A stretch of 62,560 nt of DNA, counting the filler, from Hausera hauseri (lineage: Eukaryota): assembly GCA_046269625.1 (NCBI GenBank). It is 11 parts of 11 records of this genome, joined end to end, with 100 filler letters (N's around TTAATTAATTAA, not from the genome) between each part and the next. Parts side by side here need not be neighbours in the genome. Positions count along the whole stretch, not along the records: positions 32,723 to 38,581 come from JBJURY010178750.1; positions 38,682 to 44,131 come from JBJURY010253180.1; positions 44,232 to 56,781 come from JBJURY010027782.1; 8 more parts are not named here. One strand, 5' to 3'. The notes under the pieces were generated by a model that did no database searches, was not told the origin of the DNA, and saw nothing but the letters and a program-made list of their open reading frames with translations. The position numbers and the translations under genes are program-made. Shown here in pieces: positions 38,001 to 50,920 of the stretch (position 1 is the stretch's first letter; the number at the start of each line of letters is the position of its first letter).

Positions 38001-38581
38001 CGAGGTGACAGAGGCCGTACTTTTTGGCGTATCGGACGTTGGTGCTGTGTGACTATGTGGTGTAAAGTACTGTTTGCGGGAGTAATGGTACGGTCTTTTT
38101 TAAGTATGCGTGGACATGATGTGTTGACGAACTGTTGTAAAGTTGTAGGTAACTGTGAGAGATTCAGTGAAAGTGGTGAAACGGCTTGAGTAGTAGCAGA
38201 TGCAATGTGTTAGTTGTTTGGTGATGTGCAGTCAAGTGGTATTTGGTGCAAGATGGTTGAATTGAAAATGGTGTTGGATGAAGTATTGTCGTCGATTGAG
38301 TTAACGTTGGTGGCAGTACCACAATTATCGACATAAAACCTCAATCGTATATCAATATTATTATTTAAAAATTTACGAATAGAATTATTGTGATGAAAAA
38401 TCGAAATATTCATTGAGTTTTTTAAGATTGACTTTCGCATTTCGGTCCACTGCGCGGTAGTCAAAACGCTATTGACATATCCAAAAATGTCGCCAACAGT
38501 GCCCTTCCTCAAACATCGTTGACTGCAGTCAACCAGTAAATTATAGTGTGAGAGAAAATCAGATCCTAGAATTGCCGTCTG
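35074..38581 (-). mobile_element. Ty3/gypsy element G3 pol (RT, RNase H, integrase), degraded
   Basis: [92 protein letters not shown] and TDQGPQFES. Confidence 0.92.
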
Positions 38582-38681
38582 NNNNNNNNNNNNNNNNNNN
38601 NNNNNNNNNNNNNNNNNNNNNNNNNTTAATTAATTAANNNNNNNNNNNNNNNNNNNNNNNNNNNNNNNNNNNNNNNNNNNN

Positions 38682-40800
38682 GGAAAATCAAGACCTGAGA
38701 GTACGGTGTCAATGTGGCATTGAAACGTCTGAGATGCGCTACGTAGGCCGAAAGGCATGAAAACGTATTCATAAAGGCTAAATGGTTTGATGACAGCGGT
38801 TTTTGGAATATCATGAGGTGCGACAGGAATTTGATGATAGGCCTTGTGCAGATCAATGGTAGAATAGGTATTGGTGTTATTGAGGCTATGAAGGATGTCC
38901 TTAATGAGTGGTAGTAAATAGGCATCTATAGTAGTCAGGTTGTTTAATTGACGATAGTCGCCACATGGCCTGTAAATACCATCTTTGCTACTACATGAAG
39001 AGGGAAGCTCAAGTTGAATTCGATCTCCGAATGATGCCAGACTTTTCCAGTCCATTAAATTCCTGTTTCACAGCTTTGCGTCTGCGTGGCGACAAGGGTC
39101 TGACCTTTTCTTTGATAGGCCTCTGGTGCTCTGTTACTATATTATGATAAGTTGAGGGTGGAGACTTGAAGTTGATGTCCCTGTAAACTATGTGAAAGCA
39201 AGACGTTGTGATATATGATTTAAGATCGGAATCTAGAGATAAGAACGACTGAAACATATCATCGGAAGAAACCGTTGCAGTAATTGACGAAAAGCAACCG
39301 GCACTGCCACTGTCAAGACTCAATTTAGATTTTTGTTTTAAAATAGGTTTGTGAATGTTATTCATAACTGAAAGAATACCGACTTTATCGAAGGTTTTGT
39401 TAATAGTTGAAGAAGCGTTCAACATATTTACAGATGAGTGCAATGAACTGCTTGCTAGATTGTTTGTGAGACATCTGACTGGATTTGCTATCGAATTCCT
39501 GCGCAGCAGACAGCTGTATTTATAATCAACCAACAAATCGTGTGCGGCCAGGAAATCCAAACCGATTATTGGTGAATTTATGTTAGCAATAAGGAACTTC
39601 CAAAGACTTGTCTGGCAAGTGATAGAAGATAAAAGCTAGCTCTGTGGTGCCAACAATGCGCAAAGGCTGACCACTGGCTGTGAAGAGTTGAGGTGTGGAA
39701 AATTTGTTGGATGTTGGAGCGAAAGATAGCGGTAAAAGGGAAAAGGCGGCACCAGAGTCAATGAGAAAGTCTATATTTGATGAACTGTCAGAGATGATTG
39801 CAGCTTTCAACAGAAAGACTGCAGAGGTGATATTAAGATGGCCAGAAGAATGCAATGTATTGTCTATATTAGAATGTGTCGTGGAATCTGGCGGCGTTAT
39901 TAGTTTTTTAAAGGATTTGGAGAAAAGTCAGAAAGGGAGGAAAAGGAAGAGATTTATTTTGGTCATATTTGCAACCAGGTACATATGACCTAGCCTGTGA
40001 CTGGAACTTATTGTGGTAGAACCAGCAGCCCAAGAAACATTTCCTTGCATCCTTTCGAAACCTCGTATGATAGAAGCAAGCCATGCGTCCGCCAGGTGAA
40101 ATCGATTGCGTAGAGGGTCTTGAAGTTCTTTACTCCTTTGAAGGTCTGGCTTCTCTTTGGCGAAGCCCATTAAGATTGTTCAGTTGGGTGGTAATGGCCG
40201 AAATTTACTGCTGTAATATGCCAAATTGTTGTTGCATCATTTGCAATTATTGAGTGAAGAATGTTGTGTCTATAGCTGGTGATTGTGTGGTTGCAGCCGC
40301 AATTGGGAGAGAAGTTTTTGTACGGAGAATTTCAAAGGCCTTATCAGCCATCATAACTAGTTTTTCAACAGCAGTAGACTCGTAGACGACAGTAAGCAAG
40401 GCTCTAATTGAGGTGGCCAAGGACGACAAGAAATAACGGCGAATTAATTTCGCGTTATTCGTAGGCGTTATGCCTAAGGCTCTAAGCTGCAAAATGGCCG
40501 TTTGGAAAAAATCGAATGGCTTTTGGTTTTCTATCGCAAGGTCATTGAAGTATTTTTGTATAATGTTGTCTATCGAAGGATCTGTGACATGGAGTACAGC
40601 CTCAGAGTGTTTGGTAAGGTGTCGAGAATTGGAGCAGTTCGAAGATGTTACTGATTTGCTGCTTGACGTTAGCAGGCAGAAAAATTAAAAGACTGTTGAC
40701 TAGCACAAAAGAGTCAGTGATGTTAGATTTTAGCCACTATTGGTTGAAATAGAGCCATGGTTTACTGGAATTGTTTTTGGCAAGAAACACATTCACACAA
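38682..40800 (-). mobile_element. Ty3/gypsy gag, protease and RT 5' part, same family as G3, degraded
   Basis: Protease FLIDSGAAFSLLP; RT YRPCGDYRQLNNLT...[14 protein letters not shown]...MPFGLRSASQTFQ; gag-like ADKAFE region. Confidence 0.9.
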
Positions 40801-41289
40801 GGCAGATTCAGCGAAGCTCGTGGTTGTTGAGAGTTTGGTAAGCGATAGATATTACATATATTTGTAGATTGATCATCTGAGAAAGATTAATTTGGATCCG
40901 ATCCACCCCGAAAGCGAAAGTGAATCATGAGATGTATGATCGAATGTTCGTGACATGTTAAGAGTAAGAGTCGGAAGGATATATAGTAAGACCTTGATAG
41001 ATGAAGTAGAAGTCAGAAGTACTAAATAAGGAGGATAGAGTTGTATAAGAGCTGTCCTGTGTCGCTGAGTGCAGCTGTTATGGTTTTTATATGCTGATTA
41101 TTGCTAAAAACAAGAAAGGAAAATTTCTTTGAGGTAATTTTGGGAAAAGGTTCGTATGCGCGGAGGGCTTTGGCGGTTGCATTTGGGCTAGGGAGAGGTT
41201 TGAGCGTGCCGCCCGGTGAGTAGTGGCAAAATCATCTGAAATCATTTGCCAAATCTGACATGTTCTCCCCACTGGATTATCCTTATTGA

Positions 41290-42300
41290 TCAAATCGATG
41301 CCGGTCTCATCGACACCTTGTGAATGTCTGTTCTTTTTTGCAACGCAGATTGTTGCCGAGAGACTTTGAGAGGACATTGTGAAAAATCGTAACGAATTTT
41401 GAGCCCGTTGACTGATTTTCCTACTCCAGAAATTGAGAAGACTGACAGTGAAATATCCTCCACTGATGAATTTCTCCACGTCCTTATTCAACAGTGGCCA
41501 AATGACCTCATAATTCGGTTTTTTCTGACGTAAGAAGTTAGTAAATCGGAACGTAGCCTCAGTATGTTTTTGTAATCGAGTTTCAACACGAGTGTGTAGA
41601 AATTCTAAGCGGGAATATTGTGGGCCAACAGTGGTTCTCACAGAAAGTACTGTTCGATAGTGCCCCAATCGAGACTGTGGATAAACACGTCGACAACACT
41701 GTTGGCATCGACTAATTCGATGTCTTTTTTTGAATCTCGAGACCTAACTGGCTAATTTCCGCGGCATCAAGTGACAAAATAATCAGACGAGGAAAGGTCG
41801 GGTTTTTGATTAGTTCTGTTTTGAAAGCTCGACAGAGGTGTGACAACAGATAAACCATAAGTTTGGTGTCGTCTTGGCTGAGTAATTCCAAGTCTTTAAA
41901 CAACGAATTTTTTTATTTGCTTTTTCAGACTGTTGCACAAGCTACGATAACGACTGAGGTTGGGGCCGTTGATCTTTGCGACTTTAATAAAGTAAAGCAA
42001 ACAGTAACCCACATGCGATTGTCGCATTTGCATTTCTGAAAATGGTGATAATAGTAATTCTCTTTTTTTGTCTTGATTACTCATCGAACAAAAATTTCTG
42101 AACAACACGAATATAGGATGTGACAAAAACGCTTTGAGCTTTTCTTCATTGGAATTATCCGGAAACAATCGACGTTCGAAATAAGGGTAATAAATTTCAC
42201 AGATAACTGCTGCTGTTTTTCCAGCAGTACCTAGATAATCAAAACTGTCGTCATTCAAAATTGCGATGACTGCCTGTTCCATTTCCTCGTACAAGTCCTA
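41290..42300 (-). pseudogene. INTS3: Integrator complex subunit 3 (INTS3/SOSS-A) C-terminal part, frameshifted fragment
   Basis: HPIFVLFRNFC, EMQMRQSHVGYCLLYFIK, DLELLSQDDTKL, SLDAAEISQL, LRQKKP and FTVSLLNFW parallel remembered INTS3 blocks (PLYLIFRNLC, QPKIGYHLLYYL, CQEDDVRL, IDSAQLQEL, LRREKP, FTTSILRHW). Confidence 0.75.
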
Positions 42301-42371
42301 ATGATTCTCCTTGTCTGAAGCTGAAAGCTCGTCAGCATCTTTTTTACATTTCGCTTACTAACAGTTTTTTG

Positions 42372-43539
42372 TTACTTTTTGACTTTTGTCAGTAAAGGAC
42401 GACATTGTTCGGACGCTTCGTAAAGATTTTCCAATGCTGCAGTTATTGATGAATTAATTTGAGGAATTGTTGAAGGAACTTCAATTCTCTCTACGTTGTA
42501 ATCAAAAGCCAAGGAATAATTCATAAATCGACGCCTCAAGTCATCTAATGAAATTACGAATGACAACTCATCAATGTTGATTGCAAAAGTGGAAGTAGGT
42601 TTCTTCAAAACGGAAGATCGATAGTAGTTCGTATAGCTCAATAAATAGTGTCGAATAGTTGAGATATATGATAATGTTATGCATATTCTCATAGTAAGTC
42701 GGACGTGTTAGTGAGTTCTGTAAACTGTGAATGTTTTCAAGTCGAATAAAAGTATTTGTGAAATCGGAAAAATTAATATGAAATGTAATTAGTAATTTTT
42801 TGATAAGAGCAGCGGCAATATCGTATTTTGACAATGTCTCGTTGCTAAATATGATAAGCTCATTGCTACCATCATTTCCAATTGTCAGAAAATACTCATA
42901 ATAAACAGGTATGTCACTACAATCACTTAGTAGATACAAATCAATTTCCCGTTACAATATCCTTGCTCGATCAGAATCCAACTCTTTCATAATGAGCGAT
43001 ATCAGTCTTTGTTACGTTAGTTCGGAATTATCGACTAGATTTGTAATAAACGTATGAAGCTTTCTAACGTGCATGGAATCAAAAAACATTTCGAAACCCG
43101 ACAAAACAAGACTATAACTCTTGTCCAGGTAATATTCATCATGATTTGGAATAAAATCTTTAACAATTTCTTTCGTACCCTTGTATCTCTGACGCATTTG
43201 AAGTTTGATAAAATAGACCAAATACGGAGGAATTTTTACATCAAAATTTTTTTCAAATTCAAACATACGTATAAACTTCTGATATATTTTCTTTAACGTA
43301 CTCTGGAAATTATCAATAATATCCTTCATTTTATTTTTCAACGACCAAGCAACATTAAATGCATTAAAAGTTATGGCAGAATATTTGCTATTATTCTGCT
43401 TCTGACACCAATGTCGTTCCAACGATAATACCGACATTGGTAGAATAAAAAGAGTCAGGATTGATGACTTTATTTCGAACCTCAAAAACAAACTCCATAA
43501 ATAGTTGATATTTTGAGCACAAACAGAAATAACATCCAA
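42372..43539 (-). pseudogene. Unidentified eukaryotic protein fragments
   Basis: Three consecutive ORFs (175, 122 and 106 aa). No family recognised. Confidence 0.3.
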
Positions 43540-44022
43540 ATAACTGAGCAGAAAATTAAAAAAAAATCCGATAAATCAATTGTAATTTGTCTTGCCAACT
43601 AAATAATATAGCCAACGATATAATAGCCAGTTTATATAATATCTGATCTGCAGTGTAAATATCACCACAAAAAAGAAAATTTTGAACTCTGAGCTGATAT
43701 GAATAAAAACCAAAACTCGAACACATCGCATATGCGTTGATGAATCGATTAATTTGCTACTCTAATCCAAGTTCTTGAATTTAAGTTTGTCTGTATGTTT
43801 TTCGGGAACAGATAAATTCAGGCGGTTTTATCGAATCAGTTCAAATAATTTCCTCTTTCTGTTTCAATTTTCTTGGTTTTCTACTGCCATGTTACTGAAT
43901 CATGCCGAATAGTAATCTGCGATGAATACTTTTAATTAACGGCAATAAGTCCCTTTCGAAAAGGTATAGTTGTAAACATGACAATTCAGATAATTCGCAA
44001 CCGTATTATTTGTAAACAATTA

Positions 44023-44131
44023 CTCCCTCCGTCCGGAAATATGGTATACATTTAAACAAAAATCGTAGATTATCGTGATTATAAAAATAAATTGGCAACT
44101 GTCATTACATTGTTATAGTAAATACTCATGA
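44023..44131 (+). mobile_element. Left end of a Stowaway-like mariner MITE
   Basis: TA followed by CTCCCTCCGTCC. The other end is lost at the contig edge. Confidence 0.6.
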
Positions 44132-44231
44132 NNNNNNNNNNNNNNNNNNNNNNNNNNNNNNNNNNNNNNNNNNNNTTAATTAATTAANNNNNNNNNNNNN
44201 NNNNNNNNNNNNNNNNNNNNNNNNNNNNNNN

Positions 44232-46799
44232 ACCTGGCCGTGACAAATTTTGACAGACTATTGAACATGGAACATGATCAATTCATCGAAAAGCGTATAT
44301 GTTGTAAGTAGTGTCCTGTGTGTCTGCATGGATTCACCTCGGAAACAACGTGGGAGAAACATGTGACACTATGCAGACAAAATTCATCGGGAACAACAAT
44401 GTATATCGTGTCCGTCCAAAAGGAACTGAGGTTCACTGATTGGTTTAAAACAGACAGTCCGGCATATGTAGTGTATGCCGATATCGAAGCTATCTTACCA
44501 CGGCACAACATATGTGACTTAAAAACATGTTCCAATCGCCGTCGATATGTTGGTTATCTCAATAAAAGTCGGAGGTCAACCACAATATTACATTTTTCAT
44601 GGATGAAACTGCGTACGCGATTTCCTGCATCAGTTGGAAACAATAGTAGAAACGGAAATCGCACCCCTGTACAGTAGAAATGTCAATAAACCTTTGATGT
44701 GGTCAAATGAATATGAACGCCTGACATTTATGGCCACAGATGAATGTTACCTCTGTTACAAAATATTACCGTTTCATGCACAGGAACGGCTCATACCAAA
44801 TCACGATCATTTTACCGGTCGATATCTCGGAGTCTCATGTAATTTATGCAATTTTGCAAGGCATGTGCGGCCATTCCTATCGGGGGTATTTCATAACTTT
44901 AGTGGTTATGATTGTCATTATATTTTGAAATGGGTAATAAACGGATTTTCTCACTGGGAACTATCCGTAATTTCGACTACGATGGAGAAATACCTGTCAC
45001 TGTCTGTACGTATAAACCGGTTTCAGGAACGATTCCTTGATTCGCTGCAATTTCTCAATGATTCTCTGGCAAAGCTGGTGAATGCCTTGCCATATGTGCC
45101 GCTAACAATGACTCAGTTCCCTGTACATATTGCGCATAGCAAGGGCATATTCCTGTATGACTTTGCGATATCGTACGAGCGGCTCCAGATAGCAGATGAA
45201 TTACCACCGCAATAGCCGGTATCACAAAATATGAATATCACAGAGTGCAGTCCTTTTGGACAAAGCTCGATTGTAGAAACCTGATGAAGTACATGCTTCC
45301 CTATCTGAAATTAGACGTGTACCTGTTAGCTGATGTGTTTTACATCTTTCAAGCTAAAGCTTTAGCAGAAGATTGGCTGGAGTCACTCAACTTTTACTAA
45401 ATACCCGGAATGAGTTGGGCATCAGCTCTGATGTCATTGGATCAGGTTATTGAGCTGTTGCAAAACCTGAAAATTTACCGAATGTTGGATGTTGGTATTT
45501 ACGACGGCATGGCATTTGTCAACAAGCATCGGGTCCGTGCTACCGACACCACATCACTGCTGTATATTGATATTAACAACCTGTACGGCTGGGCGTTTTT
45601 GCAACTGTTGCCGTACAGTTCATTTGAATGGGTAGTCGACAAGCAGGACCTGGACACAATACCCGAAAATTTGTCTAGAGTAGACACAATAGCAGGAAAC
45701 AGTTCAATCGGATACCTGATGGAAGTCGATCTCGTGATACCGGATGAGCTGCATTACTTTCTGGATGAACTGCCGGTCGCAGCAATTATCCAATGTCCAC
45801 CCGGCTGGAAGGTGAAGAAGTTGTTTATGACGCATGTACCCAAGCAAAATTACATATTTCATTGGTGTCTGTTGCAATTTCGGTGTACGCGTCACACGGC
45901 TACATCGCACAATCCCATTTGCTCAGGCTCCCATATTCAAGGCGTACATAGATAGAAATACGGAGAAACGAACCGCAGCTTGTACAAAGTTCCAAAAGGA
46001 ATACTACAAGATGAAAAACATTTCCCTGTATGGAAAAACAGTAGAGAATCTGAAAAAGTGGATCAATGTACGCCTATGCAATAGGGAAAAGCGGTTGGTC
46101 ACGTACACGAGCAAGGAACAGTTCAGGCGGTCAATTCACGTTGTTCGTGGATTGGTTGCCGTGCTTTTAAACAGAGAAGAAGTCATACTGGTCCGGCCAA
46201 GTTATATAGGACAAGTGGTGTTGGATCTGAGCTAGTTGCTAATGTATGAGCTGCAGTATCGCGATTTGGCACATTACCGTCAAATGTTCGGCGGCGTAAT
46301 CAAGACCAGTATAATTTCCGGTGACACGGATAGTTTTTTCTTGGAACTGGAAAACGTCAATCGCGAAAAATTACTGCAGCAAATGATGGAAGACGTATAC
46401 TCTACACATCCAATTACCTATAGAATCATCCATGGTAAACGCCACCACAAACAAAATCGGCTGATTCAAGAATGAAAGTGAAGGTCGGATTCAGTATAGG
46501 GAATGGATATTTCTACGACCAAAGTGTTATAGCCTTTTAACCGTCTGTGGATCTAAAATGCGCGCCATAAAGTTCAACTGGCGCAGACGAAAATAAACCA
46601 CGGTGATTATTGCCGTGTCTATGAAGAAAAAGTAGAAGGACAACAAAAGGCTGTTGTGTCACAAACGATCATCCGATCGATTGCGCACCAGCTGTATAAG
46701 CTGTACAATGCAAAAGTCTCTTTATGATGCAGTGATGATAAGCGAAAGTGGGTGGAGCAAAATGACAGTAGAGCGTACGTACATTTTCGTTTGAAATAA
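44232..46799 (+). pseudogene. Protein-primed family B DNA polymerase with C2H2-like finger and endonuclease-VII-like insert
   Basis: CPVCLHGF...H...C, VVYADIE, CYLC...HDHFTGRYLG..CNLCN, FHNFSGYDCH, FLDSLQFL, KGIF, YIDINNLYGWA, KMKNISLYGK, IGQVVLDLS, GDTDSFF, LRPKCYS and DDKR. Confidence 0.95.
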
Positions 46800-47199
46800 A
46801 ACACGCATGAATTCGGTGCTGATAATACAGACAGATCAAATTACTGTATTACAGTATTAAATTAATTTGTGTCATAAAATCGGTGAATGTACATGTTCTT
46901 TAACACAATAACTAGATTTTCTATAGAGCTGCAATCTTCTGTTGTTGTTGTCATCAATGATATTGACGCTAAATCTTCTTTTAATCCAAAATCACTTGCT
47001 GTTTTCGCATCAAGCTCACTATGAAGTTCTTGCCACCATTCTACCATGTTTGAAATTTATAATCCATCGAAATTTTGCAATTGCTTCAGTTGATTAACTA
47101 TTTTCATGATGATTAATGTTATTTCCTACCCGTATTTATAGTTTTTGAATTACTCAAATGACCAATACAGTGGACCTTATTTACGGAAAGAAAAAAAGA

Positions 47200-47709
47200 A
47201 ACAGAGAAATATATTTATTTATTTGCATTAAATATAAGCAATACAAAGCAGTAAATATTTTTGTAAGCACAATGTGGTCTACCATCATGATACGGACATC
47301 AAATATTGTCAGGTACCCTTACCAGCGAGTTGCTCGATGTTGTTGAATACGTCATCATTCGCAACTCGGGAAAATGTGAATGTGTTTGTGTAAATTTTTA
47401 GCCGTCAATTTAATCTTTAATGTAAAATATTGTATTTTCAATGTCAAAACAATCACAAATGTCTCGCAAGATACATGATACGCAAAACACTTAATTGCCT
47501 TTGTGCAACTAAAGTCCATGATGACGTCGTATGAGATATCCATTGGTAATTTTTGCCTTTTCTGTCAACTGATTCCACGTAACGGCCGGCTTGAATACGT
47601 ACACAAACGCTTTGAAAATGTTATCGACGTCCACAATGCATAATTCCTTTATCATGTACCGGGAATTATCATCTTGGAAAGCTTCAATATCTATAAATTC
47701 TATGGCCAT
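47200..47709 (-). pseudogene. Putative DEDD-type 3'-5' exonuclease-like protein
   Basis: FIDIEAF (ExoI-like DxE), IKELCIV, FKP..W..L....TNGYL...HHGL. Stop at 47509; the 3' end is uncertain. Confidence 0.5.
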
Positions 47710-47784
47710 TACTTATTATATACAAAATTATTTTTTGTTTATAACACAAACAAACAAACTAATTATTTTTATTATGATCACAAA

Positions 47785-48256
47785 TCAGTAAACATAGGTG
47801 GTTTTTTTCATATCACCAAAGCCAAATTATTTGCGTTAATTTCGTGTTGCTTCATTGACACAAAATAGTTCCCATTGTTCCGCTGACATTACACTGAATT
47901 CCGCCTCTTCACAGCGGAAGAAAACCGATTTCTGCAATTGCACAGCCTTTCGCAAAAGCATACGGTTCCCCGTATTGGTTTTTCAACAACACCTTAACTT
48001 CACCACGAAAGTCAGAATCATTGACACCGCCACCCGCAACAGTCAGTCAGACCTTTTCCAGTCCGCTTTTCAATAAACGTTGGCCGTAGTAACCGGGTGG
48101 AATCGCCAATCGAATCCCAGTCGTTACGTATTTTATTGTGCTGTACGAAGTTGTCGTAGTGATATTGGAAAACACATCGTAGCCCGCACTGCTTGCCGTA
48201 ACACATTTTGGTACACTAGAACTTTTAGCTGTCAAAATAATCTTTACATCATTCAT
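47785..48256 (-). pseudogene. Trimeric dUTPase
   Basis: SAGYDV, TGIRLAIPPGYYGQ...KSGL, then after a stop GGVNDSDFRGEVKVLLKN, AIAE and a degenerate GFG motif. Confidence 0.9.
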
Positions 48257-48437
48257 TATCATTATTAATGAAAAACCCATTAATCATGTATATTTACATT
48301 CATTGTTAAAGAAGACGAAAATTAAAACATCAATAACATTTATTGATAATCAGAAAGTGCTTCGGATAAACGACGAATCGGGCTTTTGACACCGTTCTTT
48401 TCTTTGTATCTCTGCAATTCAATGTTGAGTAAACACT

Positions 48438-49120
48438 TTAATTCATCGGGCACATTAGACAATTCACGACCGGTAGTTTAGATTTTGCGGCCCGTAAAAC
48501 TACATATTTCTGTTGTAAGGATGTTTCTTTCAATTTTAAGTCCATGTTTAATTGACTTAAAGCATCACTAAGTTTCGTAACATTTTCACTCGATAGCTGC
48601 TTTACACAATATCTGTACTTGGGTGTGGTCAACAACACCGGATCATTCAACGAAATCTGTACGGGCGTTTGCAGATTATGCATTTCATACTTTAGAAAAC
48701 GTCATCGTCGGTAAAAATGTCGGTGTTTCATACGTGGGCTTTAATTTTTGTTTCTGTATTCAATTAGTCATTCGCGCTTGTCGTTTTAATTTAGGCTTTT
48801 CTATTTGATGGACAGGTTATATTTTCGGTTCCAGACAGTTGACATTAGAATTGTTGCTACCAAGCACTTGTGACAAATCGGAACTCTCATCATCATTACC
48901 ATTGAGTATTAGTGCTCTATCTTCTGTTAACATGCGCTTACCACCAATAATTCTCCATTGCCATTTTAATATCGCTTTTATTAATTGTTGGACAAGTTTC
49001 GGTTTCAGACACTTGTCATTGTCATTCTTGGCACCAAACAGCCACGACCAATCTGTACTTTCGTCATTGTCAGATGTATTATTGTTGAGCAGAATCATTT
49101 CCTCGTCGTTTTCCATCGTA
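48438..49120 (-). pseudogene. Unknown Polinton ORF(s) homologous to 3860-4489
   Basis: MENDEE...DWSWLFG and ISLNDPVLLTTPKY...LSDALSQLNMDLKL. Confidence 0.55.
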
Positions 49121-49189
49121 GTAATGTCTGAACGAATATGGTAGTGGTATTTGTAGTCCTCTGACCAAAGTCTATTACTTTGATTTAGT

Positions 49190-49645
49190 AAAACACTTAT
49201 ATGGTGTTTAATTTGATTAATAGTCGTCTCATAGTTGATTGACCAAATTCCCAATATGACAATTTTTCCACTTCTAAACATATTGGCACAAAGCGGACAG
49301 AATAGTGTTAGTCGCTATGCAGGGAACAGTTCAAGCTCATAAACACATTCGGCAGCCATTGCTAATTTGTGCAGAATAATTGATTGTGGTAGTGGTGGTG
49401 AGAAATCTAACTGAGTCGTTACTGTTATTGGTTGCATTTGGTCAATTACTATTTCCGAATGGTAGATGTTTGTCATTTGTGATTGGTTTTCAACAATCCA
49501 TAATACAACACTTTCCCGATGGAAATATGACGCACGTAATATCCATAAAACATTTGTGAACATAATAACTCCGCCTCCATTGATTAAACGGCAGTGCATT
49601 AATACACTCAGTAATATGTCCGCAGTAGTTGATATTAGCTATCAT
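49190..49645 (-). pseudogene. Minimal TBP-like protein, copy B
   Basis: MIANINYCG...TCVIFPSGKCCIM, frameshift, then QMQPITVT...LHKLA...YELELFPA*RLTLFCPLCANMFRSGKIVILG. Confidence 0.85.
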
Positions 49646-49709
49646 GATTGATTGAAACAATGTTTATGCTGCATCTATTTATATGCGTAGGTGATTATAA
49701 ACAATATAT

Positions 49710-50371
49710 ATGAAAAATGCATCACCAAGGACAGAAAGCTGCAGAGTAGTGCCATTTTCCAGATTATAGGCCCCAGTGGAAGTAGAAAAATGTACTTTGT
49801 TTGCAAATTGCTGCAGAACTACCGTGAAATATTCAAATCGTCGCTGTTCAATCATATTTTCTGGCATCAGGGCAGTGGTGATGATAAATAGTGCGGTTTG
49901 AAACATCAGGAATTTTGTAAATTAAAATCCGTTACGGTAATATATAATTTTGATGAGAACTGATCTGAGAGATTATGCAACGGTAATGGTATTATCATTG
50001 GCGATTTATTTCAGGAAGACGCAAAACAATCGGACTTCAACAACCTTCACCGTGGTGTGACGGTTATTTTTATTAAGTAAAACATGTTCCATTAGAGCAG
50101 ACAATATCGAACATGAAATCTAAACGTAAACTATTTGGTGTTGTTTAAAATTCGTCGTGATCAGACTATCATTGATTATGTTGCACGACAAGCATTTCCT
50201 TACAATCGAGCCTACTTGATAGATACATATTATGATTCTACGAAAAAACCGCATGGATTTCTGTTTATTGACTTTACACAACAGTGTTCCAATGACATGT
50301 GTGTACGAACAGACATTTTCAATCAAAGAGGTGTATGTGTTGACAAACAAATTCGAAAATCGACGATATAA
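49710..50371 (+). pseudogene. Packaging ATPase, copy B
   Basis: IFQIIGPSGSRK, IIIGDLFQ and LVLFKIRRDQ...VARQAFP...KPHGFLFIDF...VRTDIF. Confidence 0.88.
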
Positions 50372-50373
50372 TT

Positions 50374-50917
50374 ATGACAATAAAGAGGAATTTCCAAAAA
50401 ACAATTGGTATAGGTAAACCTACCAAGCGGATGTCACGCAAGAAACGTGTATCAAAACGAACCGATGCACTCATGCGATTAATTAATTCTGTGCTTCGAA
50501 CAACAGCAGCAGCAACTAGATGCAAATTACCTTCACATTGTCAACGGTTATATGCAATTACGTCTCATCAGCATCAATACGTCAAAAAATGTGATTTAAA
50601 CGTAGTCAGCCGTACTTCATTGCTTTGCTCAAGGCACCTAGGAGACATAAGCGAAACATGCTACGATCATTCCTGCAGTTTGAAGTAGACGATTTAATGG
50701 AAATTTTGTAAAATATCGTTGTCGGTAACGTTGACATTGGTAGTGGGAAGCGAAATTTACTAAAGTATCGAACACGACACATAGACCTTGCCAACGCTTG
50801 TAGTAAACGAGTGAAAAGAGAGATAATGTACCAGCAAAAAGGAGGATTCCTTGGTACAATTCTACCACTTGTCACGTCATTACTGGGTGGACTCATTGTT
50901 GGAACAGTTCAGTATAA
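50374..50917 (+). pseudogene. K/R-rich small protein plus PW-like protein, copy B
   Basis: MTIKRNFQKT...SRKKRVSKR; QPYFIALLKA...YQQKGGFLGTILPLVTSLLGG. Confidence 0.65.
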
Positions 50918-50920
50918 ACA

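Noticed and set aside
35074-40800. One continuous gypsy element across the 38582-38681 linker
   Set aside because: Both sides contain the same RT N-terminal region, so they are separate copies on different contigs.
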